Below are positions 57,001 to 64,000 of a stretch of DNA of 64,000 nt, one piece after another. The notes under the pieces were generated by a model. That model saw nothing but the letters and a program-made list of their open reading frames with translations, was not told the origin of the DNA and ran no database searches. A program made the position numbers and the translations under genes. Each line of letters begins with the position of its first letter. The first letter of the stretch is position 1. The stretch covers positions 1 to 64,000 of the IMG/VR virus record IMGVR_UViG_3300037455_000467. One strand, given 5' to 3'. The DNA comes from a virus (taxonomy: Duplodnaviria > Caudoviricetes).

Positions 57001-58589
57001 ATAACATCAGCATAGCCAATTTGTGCATTGTCAATTACGCCATCAACAATATGAGCATAATTAGCAGCAAGATTATTAACATTAGCTTGATCAATAGTCG
57101 CATTATCGATTATACCATTCTGCAAATGTGCATAATGAGCACTCAAATCTTGAACTCTTGCATAATTAATATAAGCATTATCGATTAAACCAGCAGTAAT
57201 ATGTGCATAATTAGTCGATAAATCATTAACGTCCGCATGGTCAATCTTAGCATTATCAATTATACCGTCAACAATATGAGCATAATTAGCTTCAAGGTCA
57301 TTAACATCAGCATGATTAATAGTTGCATTATCGATAACTCCATTTGAAATATGAGCATAATCAGCCAGCATAACTTCAGTTTGAAGAACTGCGCTTTTCT
57401 CGGCTGCTGATATAGCTTGTGATACTCCAGATATAGTTGCAGAACTCTTACCCGTCATGCTACTAGAGCTATCATCACGATAACCAAGATAGTAAACAGT
57501 ATTATCAGGAGCATCTAATGAAATATCAATCTTATTAATCGGGAACCAACCATCAAGACCATGAGGAGTCGATATACAATGAACAAGTTCAAGCAATTCA
57601 AATGACGGCTCGTCATTGATGAGATAATGCATATCAATTGCTTTAATCTCCAAATTCATGCTTGCAAATTGGAGTTCACTTAAATATTCATAAGCAAGAT
57701 CTAAAAGATCACTAGGTTCTTCGACATCGGAGAATTGAATAACTTTTTCAACTCGACCATAAATATCAATAGTATCTTGATCTATTACATAAATACTTCC
57801 ATCATTAACTGATGCAACTGTAACATACTCACGTCGAGTTTCAGTAGTCGTAGTGATTAAAGACTCATCCTCACTATCAGAATCACTTTCCTCAGTCTCT
57901 ATTTCAATCTGCTTACCAAATGGAATAACTACTGTAACTACGTCAGTTATGTTAAAATCTCTCGTAAAATCAAGAAGATTATTGCCAAAGTTAATTTCCT
58001 GACTATCTTGATTATAAGTATAGTCATATAAATAATCAAGATACATTCGATTATCAGAACTACGATATCGAATTCGCATATGGCCATTTGGAATACGATC
58101 AAGCAGGTTGGTTTTTATTGCATTCCAAGTACTTATATAATTAGTTTGATAAATATAAGCACTATCTGAATCATGAACCGTAATATTTCCTGGATAAATT
58201 CGCCTATTAGCATCAACTTTAGCGTTATGAACAGTAAGACAACTTATAAGAAATAGTGCTGGATCAAAATGAATTGGATCACGCGGCTCTTGTGTACTAT
58301 CATTAAGAAACGCTAAAGAACCCTCACAAGTATAATTTATGTTATTATAAAAATCTAATTTTTTAGAAATTGGACGACCAATCCAAATTTTATCATCATC
58401 TTTTTCTACAATAATAGTTGATACAAACAGTTCAACAATATCATACGCTACATTACTTGTAGGCAAAGTAAAAGAAAATGAACCAGCTACACTATCAGCT
58501 ATTTGTAACTTTGGTGATCCAACATGAATGGATTTATCAGGAGAAGATCCATCATGAATTAGAATACTATCACAATAAATACGATACAT
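51081..58589 (-). CDS. Large Tal/tail-fibre (host-specificity) protein, 2502 aa
   Basis: N-terminal prophage-tail-endopeptidase-like baseplate domain; 25-aa repeats; two GRN(L/Y)L...KFE..DWTAAPED CBM-like modules; repeated TTVIDGGHI units. Confidence 0.85.
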   Translation of the reverse strand: MYRIYCDSILIHDGSSPDKSIHVGSPKLQIADSVAGSFSFTLPTSNVAYDIVELFVSTIIVEKDDDKIWIGRPISKKLDFYNNINYTCEGSLAFLNDSTQEPRDPIHFDPALFLISCLTVHNAKVDANRRIYPGNITVHDSDSAYIYQTNYISTWNAIKTNLLDRIPNGHMRIRYRSSDNRMYLDYLYDYTYNQDSQEINFGNNLLDFTRDFNITDVVTVVIPFGKQIEIETEESDSDSEDESLITTTTETRREYVTVASVNDGSIYVIDQDTIDIYGRVEKVIQFSDVEEPSDLLDLAYEYLSELQFASMNLEIKAIDMHYLINDEPSFELLELVHCISTPHGLDGWFPINKIDISLDAPDNTVYYLGYRDDSSSSMTGKSSATISGVSQAISAAEKSAVLQTEVMLADYAHISNGVIDNATINHADVNDLEANYAHIVDGIIDNAKIDHADVNDLSTNYAHITAGLIDNAYINYARVQDLSAHYAHLQNGIIDNATIDQANVNNLAANYAHIVDGVIDNAQIGYADVIDLEANYAHIYRGVIDNATISYADVNDLDVHYALVDISNVQNSWINRGVIRDASISDAMINDVSANKLTAGEINAGVIRVYNLNASNITVGTINGQLVGEGTLSLNSLNEQVYTAEEIEAIVATLNSRIDGAIDTYTGTAVPTLVNYPASDWTTDALKDAHVGDVYYVMDSGSEYDGYNYRFSKINGVYSWQLIRDTAISDALARITTAENNIVAIQQFDSNIQMWSTNTESSLGSLIQSYNNLVTATNKSLVSSTQVWINTDSETPPGKPEQPVLNGQFLTDNLAFDILDSDGNPILCQYWYATIPPYDESKPYYYYCYEYQYLDGTYGWSDVVYDRGLSDTYRNNFVGIEATIQLWTVRNNDTIPSAPTDISRTGAGTYYEYLDDDSEYNILDSSNKPIATQTKWDVFIPVYNPGTPYYFYCYEYQFSDGTYGWSEPILDTATSELQSKTDLVMTELETRITSNVFNELVHDVAENSATITTITEITETALDQSVEYIIGTQTSSTGAWTGITRDSEIKVGKSIAYKLPYAGSGNATLRLTLSDGTLSEAIPIYINDSRVTTQFEANSVINLTYDGTNWRATGYWTEDTYNRTRYESDITAASAINSGRIICGTNSGYKNIGAGVSFNLSHPLLYSRDSIVQGSTGNNNDLMASNINYSSNGIIQNGSKDKVIYLKGTVVGNTFTIADNNYLTTTIPVAVDNYYYIPLGVMSSATNGSFSSTNQLMAYVGDSFQQTNITTVTTSNTVNEVKQTADTNSATIRNLTTRMGTNDDGTASQQDIVTKYSELYQDLDTYKTTVGNTYYTKTEAATISERLNSAETNITQNANAINLKADTSSVYTKQETENLVSIEASNRNSAIAVATDGIYANIDATYITKTEFNNIYIDGRNLLKYTKVFTGIDLTDSKGSPILDSNNISIGRYMDGALDFAESNVSNTPNDSGYYVRELDNTLLSSLMYSEFARYANVIEPAIDKTYYFSFWAKGSGNITAYFYPAQNNETITALTSQNITRTSSDGMIEITLSNTWIRYWIKWNLTNDSIESQQKRNVLLRLYGGNKASIYGLKFEQNNNMSDWTAAPEDYDTYMLTLSDLYERVEQNQHLIEATEKTFISRISETVTINQRYVDELIATEIVNRSSEISQTSSDILARVSEDYTSKGEFNNMQIGGRNYLLNTQAFTGKGYLDSNGKDLIDSNINIIGSSDDRSYSGGYSILDTLKYRDLAIRYLDNTSASSSTYKDFAKFNNVIIPKVGEYYCLGFYAKGVGSLQVIFGSNSNSAKFNILTCQDVEIDNNYNGQANIQLNGEWTKYWVRWFCTESYSEVNRYILLRLYGSNKAYVCGMKFEIGSKATDWTAAPEDGDDYTENYMRKIGDAIVESTEAYVKLTSDNIMSVVSAKTDKGEIISMINQSPENVTINANRINLIGNTAFTSLNNRVDDIDDNKADIMSTVNDYQYIYKSAVSGTNSMAAPTSWVTNTTGNQNIWTSTRPEYNSNYPVLFVAKQTKFANGTINCTTPKKDQTTTVIDGGHITTGTIDAARVAVNQITVGSLKDGSNYSKKSENANKTQIIYKSFSSNQGNIITSSSQIPTYWITDETGYQNRWTTYRPQYSSSYPYLYVATQTLYNDGSLTTTNPKRDETTTVIDGGHILTHSITSTQLDTEHISVTNFQGINNYTKKEDAITDVQYVYYRSYYSSTPSLPSYWVSNTSANNDTWTTYVFQLSSSYYLYQAVQTLYDDGDVRTTLLGLDKINNAIKNIDSLSAVQTIYLRAGSGTSASYINNNYMPSSWVTNDSTTPSSYTWTISRPQYSSSYPVIFMATQMKMSDGSVTTSYPSKDETTTVIDGGHITTGTIDASRVYVTNINADNITSGYINADRIRGGEIDARYIDVTHLDANNITSGYINGDRIEAHTITAGEITYDVLDGLKFGSVKVYNGQTRQTDWALSATVSWVSKDDVWFELTFWNGWLVNVEVN

Positions 58590-59789
58590 TTACTCGGATC
58601 CCTCCTCAGTAATTACCATTTTATTATCTATTATTTCTATATGTTTATTAAACAATGACGAATATAACTTTAACAATCCTTCTCGTTGATCTTTAGACAT
58701 TAACTTATGAAAACCACCCATCCATGAACGAAACATATTTTCTACGTTCATGTATTCTATTTCTCCAGAATCTATTTTAGCTTTAAGCTTTCTCAGTCTC
58801 TTTCTCATAGTAGTAACCCGTTTAGGATTTATTCGTTTTATGATTTTTCCTGTATTTGTCATTGAATATTTGACTTGTAAATACTTATAAGTTGAAGATA
58901 GTTTAGTAATATAAGTCTTTTTACAATTAATATGTAATCCTAAAGGCTTACCTATTTCAACTATATTATGAAGTAAATCTAATAATTCTTTTCTAGAATC
59001 AGATATAATGTACCAATCATCCATATAGCGGCCATAGTACTTTTGTCCTCGTACTATTTTCACATAATCATCAATTCTATGCGGATAATAAATACCTATC
59101 TGTTGAGAAAGTTGATCTCCAATAGATATTGATTTCGGCATCATTCGTTTTTTAGATCTAGATTTATGTTCTTCTTCATATAGTATCTTATCAAATACTC
59201 CGTTATAAATATCATTGTATTCTTCATCAGTTAAATCGCTAACATCAACTTTAAAACTGTCAAAAATTATATCAAATATCCATGATAAATATGTATCTTG
59301 ATCTACTAAATCTAATAGTTGTTTTTTAGCTACTTCATGAAGAATATTATCATAAAATTTACTAAAATCACCAAATAATATCCATCCTTCATTACTACCA
59401 TGATGCATGTAATATTTTCTCAAATGAACTTCAAAACGTTTTCTAGCATGAGAAATACCTCGACCTTTTACAGAAGCTCCATTATCGTAAATAATCTTCT
59501 GCTGTATTAAAGGTGCTAAAATATCATCGCATAATACATGACGAACTGATCTATCCACTATATTAAAACCATCAACTCGTCTTATTCTGCCTCGTTCAGA
59601 TAAAAGGAATTGTGATTCCGGCTTACTTGTATAAGTTTGATTATCTAAAGAATCAGAAATATCGAATGCTAATGACAAAATGTTATTCCGTGCTCGTTGA
59701 CTGCTAGGCTTCCAATTACTATTAGCCGTTGATTTAAGAATGCCATCATAGATAGCATTCGGATCAGTCATGATGTCTTTGTAATTCAT
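58590..59789 (-). CDS. DGR reverse transcriptase
   Basis: GDFSKFYDNI, SIGDQLSQ, YGRYMDDW; basic C-terminus; adjacent to TR and avd. Confidence 0.95.
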   Translation of the reverse strand: MNYKDIMTDPNAIYDGILKSTANSNWKPSSQRARNNILSLAFDISDSLDNQTYTSKPESQFLLSERGRIRRVDGFNIVDRSVRHVLCDDILAPLIQQKIIYDNGASVKGRGISHARKRFEVHLRKYYMHHGSNEGWILFGDFSKFYDNILHEVAKKQLLDLVDQDTYLSWIFDIIFDSFKVDVSDLTDEEYNDIYNGVFDKILYEEEHKSRSKKRMMPKSISIGDQLSQQIGIYYPHRIDDYVKIVRGQKYYGRYMDDWYIISDSRKELLDLLHNIVEIGKPLGLHINCKKTYITKLSSTYKYLQVKYSMTNTGKIIKRINPKRVTTMRKRLRKLKAKIDSGEIEYMNVENMFRSWMGGFHKLMSKDQREGLLKLYSSLFNKHIEIIDNKMVITEEGSE

Positions 59790-59952
59790 TTATTCACCGT
59801 TCTAGTAGTATCTATCGTAATAGACCACATCGGCTTTGTCATTGATTTCGCAGTGACTACGAAAACGGACGCCCTCTCCTTCCTTGGAGCTCCAAATTGT
59901 ATCTATAGTCCCCCCTTGCGGGGAATATAAGACACAGAAAGCTCTAAGTAAT

Positions 59953-60040
59953 CAGGACGAACCCCATTAGAATTCGAAGCGTTGTTGTTGTTCGCATTGC
60001 CATTGTTGTTCACATTAGCGAAATTCGTGCCGGAAACAAC
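59953..60040 (-). repeat. DGR template repeat (TR), 88 bp
   Basis: Reads VVSGTNFANVNNNGNANNNNASNSNGVRP; 12 AAY codons; matches VR at 72 of 88 positions. Confidence 0.95.
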
Positions 60041-60046
60041 GCAAAA

Positions 60047-60532
60047 TCATAGAAGACGCCCTTTAAACAATTTCCTATCAGATTTTCTCCATGCTTTTAT
60101 TAAATGGATTTCTTTATCGAGATGCTCGATAGAATTACGAAAATAGGAAATATCAACATCAAAGACTCTTGCTACAGATTCTAACTCTGTTTTAATTGCT
60201 TGACACTTAGCCAATGCTGTATTCTGATAAGACAGACGAACATCATATTCACTTTTAAACCTTGGATAAATAATTTTAGCTCCATTAAGATCATCGATCA
60301 TTTCATTTGCTAAACGATCGATTGTTTCAGTTTTCTTAAATATAATGTTATCTATTCTATCAGAATTGCCCTCTAAATGAGCGGCATTCTCATACTTTCG
60401 TCTTAATGGAGAATGCTTAGACCTTATACCAAAATCTCTAAGGCATAAGTCAGTAAGTACTTCATGAGTTTTAATAGCATGGGACAGTACTTCCATCTTA
60501 GATGGTTTCCTGTCCCCTACATTTACCGCCAT
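60047..60532 (-). CDS. avd: DGR accessory variability determinant
   Basis: 161-aa helical protein directly upstream of TR; R...Q..AL..C...L; LIKAWRKSD. Confidence 0.85.
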   Translation of the reverse strand: MAVNVGDRKPSKMEVLSHAIKTHEVLTDLCLRDFGIRSKHSPLRRKYENAAHLEGNSDRIDNIIFKKTETIDRLANEMIDDLNGAKIIYPRFKSEYDVRLSYQNTALAKCQAIKTELESVARVFDVDISYFRNSIEHLDKEIHLIKAWRKSDRKLFKGRLL

Positions 60533-60549
60533 TTTAGAATATCAATGAC

Positions 60550-60684
60550 TTAATACTCTTCACCTGTAATGAGTGTAAACTCCTCAGCCGTAATCCACTC
60601 GTGAACAACTGCATCACGAACCTGAGAAATAGTCCACTTACCTGTACGATAATACTTACGAATCTTTTCAAACTTACTAGACAT
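60550..60684 (-). CDS. XkdX-family small phage protein (44 aa; not in the ORF track)
   Basis: MSSKFEKIRKYYRTGKWTISQVRDAVVHEWITAEEFTLITGEEY; AAGGAG RBS. Confidence 0.8.
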   Translation of the reverse strand: MSSKFEKIRKYYRTGKWTISQVRDAVVHEWITAEEFTLITGEEY

Positions 60685-60699
60685 TTTTATCTCCTTTTA

Positions 60700-61077
60700 T
60701 TACATATCAATGTCGATATCGGCCATCATAGCAATATAATCAAGCTTGGCCTGAATATCAAGTTCCATCTGCTCAAGAGGAGTAACCTGAGAGAAGCAAA
60801 TCCAATACTCACCTTCAAGCGTATGAATCACATTAGCAAATTTCCAATCAGTATGCTCCTCACGACTACCCTGACTATCGATAACAATTATAAGAGAATC
60901 ATTATCATCCTCGAAAATCTCAGTATTAACTGGAGTTGTCGAGACGAATACATCACCATTAGCTATAAGATTAGTAATAGACTGACCATCTGCAAAAGTC
61001 AATGTTATCATCTTTACACCTTTACTTCCATTTTGAATTATAGGGGAATAAAACTGTGAATTTGTTATCTCAGACAT
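60700..61077 (-). CDS. Phage tail-associated protein (XkdW-like position)
   Basis: C-terminal LEQMELDIQAKLDYIAMMADIDI, upstream of XkdX. Confidence 0.65.
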   Translation of the reverse strand: MSEITNSQFYSPIIQNGSKGVKMITLTFADGQSITNLIANGDVFVSTTPVNTEIFEDDNDSLIIVIDSQGSREEHTDWKFANVIHTLEGEYWICFSQVTPLEQMELDIQAKLDYIAMMADIDIDM

Positions 61078-61079
61078 AA

Positions 61080-61093
61080 ACGCCTAAAGGCGT
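61080..61093 (-). other. GC-rich hairpin downstream of VR (DGR target-recognition element)
   Basis: ACGCC-TTTA-GGCGT, 4 nt after the target stop codon. Confidence 0.7.
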
Positions 61094-61097
61094 CAGA

Positions 61098-61976
61098 TTA
61101 GCTGGTCGTACCCTTAACAGCGAAGACAGGACGAACCCCATAAGAAACCGAAGCGTTGTTGGTGTGCGCAACGCCAGCGGTGCCCACCGTAGCGAAATCC
61201 GCGCCGGAAACAACATCTCGCAACCAATAAGTATACCGCATATTAACCATCGCAGAATTCAATCTAAAGAGTGCAAGTTGAGATTTCTCTGTAGTATAGT
61301 TTGTAGAATGACAAGACTTAATACGACATCCATAAACTTCAATTTCACTCATTAAATCCACAGTAGATGAAGTCCATGCTCCTCCGGTCTCAGCTCCATT
61401 AGATACTGTAGTAGGAAGATACTTCTTAATAGTAGCAAGATAATTGCCAAATGCTGTAGAAATTGCAGTTCTAGCAGTATTAAGAACACTAGAAGCATTA
61501 GTATACATCTTTGAGCCAACATAAGCTCCAGTAGTATCATTTGAATCATTCATCTTATCATTACCGAAAGATGCATCGGGAACGAGAACAATATGGTTAA
61601 CATTAAAGTCCGTATCGCCAGTTCTCTTCCAATAATTAAAGTCTGCAATCCTATAAACTTTGTTATTAATGGTCCAATAATCACCAATGAATAAACCGGT
61701 AAATGAACCATCTGCAATAGCAGCTCGCTGAGCAGCCGTCGATGCACCCTCAAAAGTAGTACCTGAACCGAGACTAGCACCTCGATACATACCAGACTTA
61801 CCATAAGGCTTAGCAGCACCAGCGGCAGAAAGCTTATCGCCCATTGCCTCAGCAAGAGAAAGTGCAGAAATTTTTCTAGAACCATTAGTACCATCAAGAA
61901 TAAACACATCAGCATCAGCCAATGATGGAGTACCCTGCGAAGATGTAGAAGCATTATACTCTGTAATTCGTGGCAT
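61098..61976 (-). CDS. DGR target protein (DUF6273/CLec-like C-terminal domain), probable receptor-binding or adhesion protein
   Basis: C-terminal YWLRDVVSG...YGVRPVFAV contains VR; follows Dit. Confidence 0.85.
   Translation of the reverse strand: MPRITEYNASTSSQGTPSLADADVFILDGTNGSRKISALSLAEAMGDKLSAAGAAKPYGKSGMYRGASLGSGTTFEGASTAAQRAAIADGSFTGLFIGDYWTINNKVYRIADFNYWKRTGDTDFNVNHIVLVPDASFGNDKMNDSNDTTGAYVGSKMYTNASSVLNTARTAISTAFGNYLATIKKYLPTTVSNGAETGGAWTSSTVDLMSEIEVYGCRIKSCHSTNYTTEKSQLALFRLNSAMVNMRYTYWLRDVVSGADFATVGTAGVAHTNNASVSYGVRPVFAVKGTTS
61127..61214 (-). repeat. DGR variable repeat (VR)
   Basis: 16 mismatches to TR, 15 at TR adenines. Confidence 0.95.
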
Positions 61977-62728
61977 TATAACTCTCCTTTTCTAAAACTT
62001 ACTGTTACTTGTCCTGATCCAAATAAGTTTAATACACATGTATTATTATCGCTCATCATAGACAGGATTAGATCATAAAATTTATAATTACCATTACTAG
62101 TTATTTGTTTTGTCAAATCAATTATTCCAAGTTCTGTATTAGTTAATGATACTGTTATACCAGTACTATCAGTATTTGATACAGATATCAATGGAACAAC
62201 TGGCATTGCACCAAGATCATTAGTATTAAATGATAATACAGTCGATCCCTGAGAACTAGTTTTAGTAAAAGTTTTATCGGTTTTGTAATACTTATAAGGA
62301 TCTACGTCATATTCGATAGTAACTTCAGACCAGGTTCGATTGTTATTAGATTTCCAATTTCTAATTAACCAATGGCCTTCATAGTAATAATCAGGATCAT
62401 CCTCTAAGTATGCTCGAACTCTTTTCCCATTAATACTCCTTGTTATCATTTCCAAAATATCCATCCAGCTATAGCCTTGATGATCATTAAGAACAGCAAA
62501 ATCTAATGAACCAGATCGATTTTCATAAACTGGATACTTTGTTAAAATATAAGTCAGATCAAGTTTTCCACTAGCACCAGGAATCTCAGCATAATTAGTT
62601 TTTTGAGCAGGAAGTTCTATTACTGGTCTAGAAGTTGGTACTAAAAACCAATCTTCATAAGTATTATAAGTACCAATAATAGTATCACTTACAGCATTCA
62701 TTACATCAAATTTTACACTGTAGTACAT
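61976..62728 (-). CDS. Distal tail protein (Dit)
   Basis: Follows the tape measure; EIPGASGKLDLT...YENRSGSL...LEDDPDYYYEG...YDVDPYKY. Confidence 0.8.
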   Translation of the reverse strand: MYYSVKFDVMNAVSDTIIGTYNTYEDWFLVPTSRPVIELPAQKTNYAEIPGASGKLDLTYILTKYPVYENRSGSLDFAVLNDHQGYSWMDILEMITRSINGKRVRAYLEDDPDYYYEGHWLIRNWKSNNNRTWSEVTIEYDVDPYKYYKTDKTFTKTSSQGSTVLSFNTNDLGAMPVVPLISVSNTDSTGITVSLTNTELGIIDLTKQITSNGNYKFYDLILSMMSDNNTCVLNLFGSGQVTVSFRKGEL

Positions 62729-62729
62729 A

Positions 62730-64000
62730 TTATCTTACTCCTCTTTCAGCCATAGCATACTCAGTACCAAGTGCTTGATTTATTTGAGGAGTTATCTCTC
62801 CAACCAATGTGCCAGTATCAAGAACTAACTGAAGTTGACTAATAACATTAATTCCTTGATTTATAAGCTCTTGTATTGATGCATTTGCATGTTGATTTTG
62901 CTCAATAATCTCTTCGTAACCAGCTCTTACAGTTTCAGTTAATGATTGTATGGCCATATGTTGCTGATTATTAAATTCTTCAAAATTAACATTAATACTT
63001 CTTGTAATAACAGCATCCAATTCTTCTGTGTGCATTCCATTTTGAACTTCGCTAAGATCAAGTACTGGAGTAACCGTTGGTGCAAATTCAGCTTCATCAA
63101 CTCCAGACATAGCATCAAGCGCTGCAGTAGCAACACCTCCAGCAGATTCTGCAACATCACTTTTAAGAGAATCAATACCATCAATATATCCTTGAGCCGT
63201 ATTCAAACCCTGCTCAAATGTCTTTTTAGATGGCGAATGCTGATCCGTTGTTTGAGTAATAGCATCGAGTGCATCCTGTGCAATACCACAAGCAGCTTCC
63301 CAAAGACTTGCACCCAATGAACCAACACCATTTATAAATCCTTGAACAAGATTTGCACCAGCATCAAAAATACCATCAATAAATTCTTGTGCACTAAAGT
63401 TGTCAATGAAATCATTAAGAAGATTTGAGCCTGCTTCAACAACTCTACCAATACCATCAATAATAGCATCAACTATTGCTGTAATAAGATGACCTATTGC
63501 ATCAAATAATGCATCATGATTATCTTCGATAGCCTGAGCAAGTCCTTCGATCCAAGAAATGATCAATTTGAATGCTGAATCAACTAATTCAGGCATTTTT
63601 TCAGCAAGACCATCCATAAATGCAACTGCAATATTAATAGCAGATTTAGTAATTTCGCCAATATTATCAGCCACTGCTTGTAAGAAGCCTTGAATAATTT
63701 TAAGAGCTGCATCGGCCATTTGAGGGATAAATTCAGCAAGACTCTTTAAACACTCAGTAATAAGCGATAACAACGTGGTAACAATATTTGGAATAGCTGT
63801 ATTAATAGTTTCTAATACAGTATTAAGAAGTGTTATTAATGTTTCTCCAATTAATGGAGCATTAGTATTTATAGCTTCAAGAATTGCTTGTAAGCATGTA
63901 GATATAGTTTGAACTATTTGCGGGAAATTGTCTGATACAAAGCTGCAAATTTCTTGCAATAAAGTAGATAAGATACTAAATATTTCTGGTATCTGCTCAC
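62730..64000 (-). CDS. Tape measure protein, C-terminal part (runs off the window)
   Basis: Amphipathic helical repeats, GANLVQGFINGV, HSPSKK, LDTGTLVGEITP; frame open to the window edge. Confidence 0.85.
   Translation of the reverse strand, partial: EQIPEIFSILSTLLQEICSFVSDNFPQIVQTISTCLQAILEAINTNAPLIGETLITLLNTVLETINTAIPNIVTTLLSLITECLKSLAEFIPQMADAALKIIQGFLQAVADNIGEITKSAINIAVAFMDGLAEKMPELVDSAFKLIISWIEGLAQAIEDNHDALFDAIGHLITAIVDAIIDGIGRVVEAGSNLLNDFIDNFSAQEFIDGIFDAGANLVQGFINGVGSLGASLWEAACGIAQDALDAITQTTDQHSPSKKTFEQGLNTAQGYIDGIDSLKSDVAESAGGVATAALDAMSGVDEAEFAPTVTPVLDLSEVQNGMHTEELDAVITRSINVNFEEFNNQQHMAIQSLTETVRAGYEEIIEQNQHANASIQELINQGINVISQLQLVLDTGTLVGEITPQINQALGTEYAMAERGVR

Larger units (their letters stand above)
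58590..61976 (-). mobile_element. Complete diversity-generating retroelement
   Basis: Target/VR, hairpin, avd, TR and RT all present and co-oriented. Confidence 0.95.

Noticed and set aside
51081-58589. Second DGR target in the large tail protein
   Set aside because: No match to the TR or to GGGGTTCGTCCTG seen elsewhere in the window; the C-terminus is not CLec-like.
58590-59789. RT as a group II intron, retron or Abi RT
   Set aside because: The SQ motif, adjacent avd and an adenine-specific TR/VR pair identify it as a DGR RT.

Overview
A 64-kb internal segment of a large, AT-rich tailed dsDNA bacteriophage genome, probably a siphophage of a Gram-positive host (GH25/CHAP endolysin, Dp-1-type holin, Dit/Tal tail order). 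All credible genes are on the minus strand. Read in the direction of transcription (right to left) the order is: tape measure (truncated), Dit, a complete diversity-generating retroelement (target/VR, XkdX, avd, TR, RT), a 2502-aa Tal/fibre protein, a Cys/Gln-rich unknown module, the lysis cassette, an array of seven proteins sharing an N-terminal HHGxKGMKWGVRR leader, about 20 kb of small accessory ORFs with two tRNAs, thyX and MazG, then the replication genes (helicase-primase-PolB fusion, SSB-like, SF2 helicase, VRR-NUC, PD-(D/E)XK nuclease) and a 935-aa single-chain two-barrel RNA polymerase. The strongest candidate for an undescribed system is linked: the RNA polymerase carries a variant of the same leader as the seven-gene array (a possible virion-packaging or injection tag on swappable cargo domains), and 11 copies of a non-sigma70 promoter-like motif (CGCA-N14/15-TWTAWAG) sit upstream of small promoter-gene-terminator cassettes and replication-side genes. 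All family assignments come from motif recognition by eye; no database searches were run.
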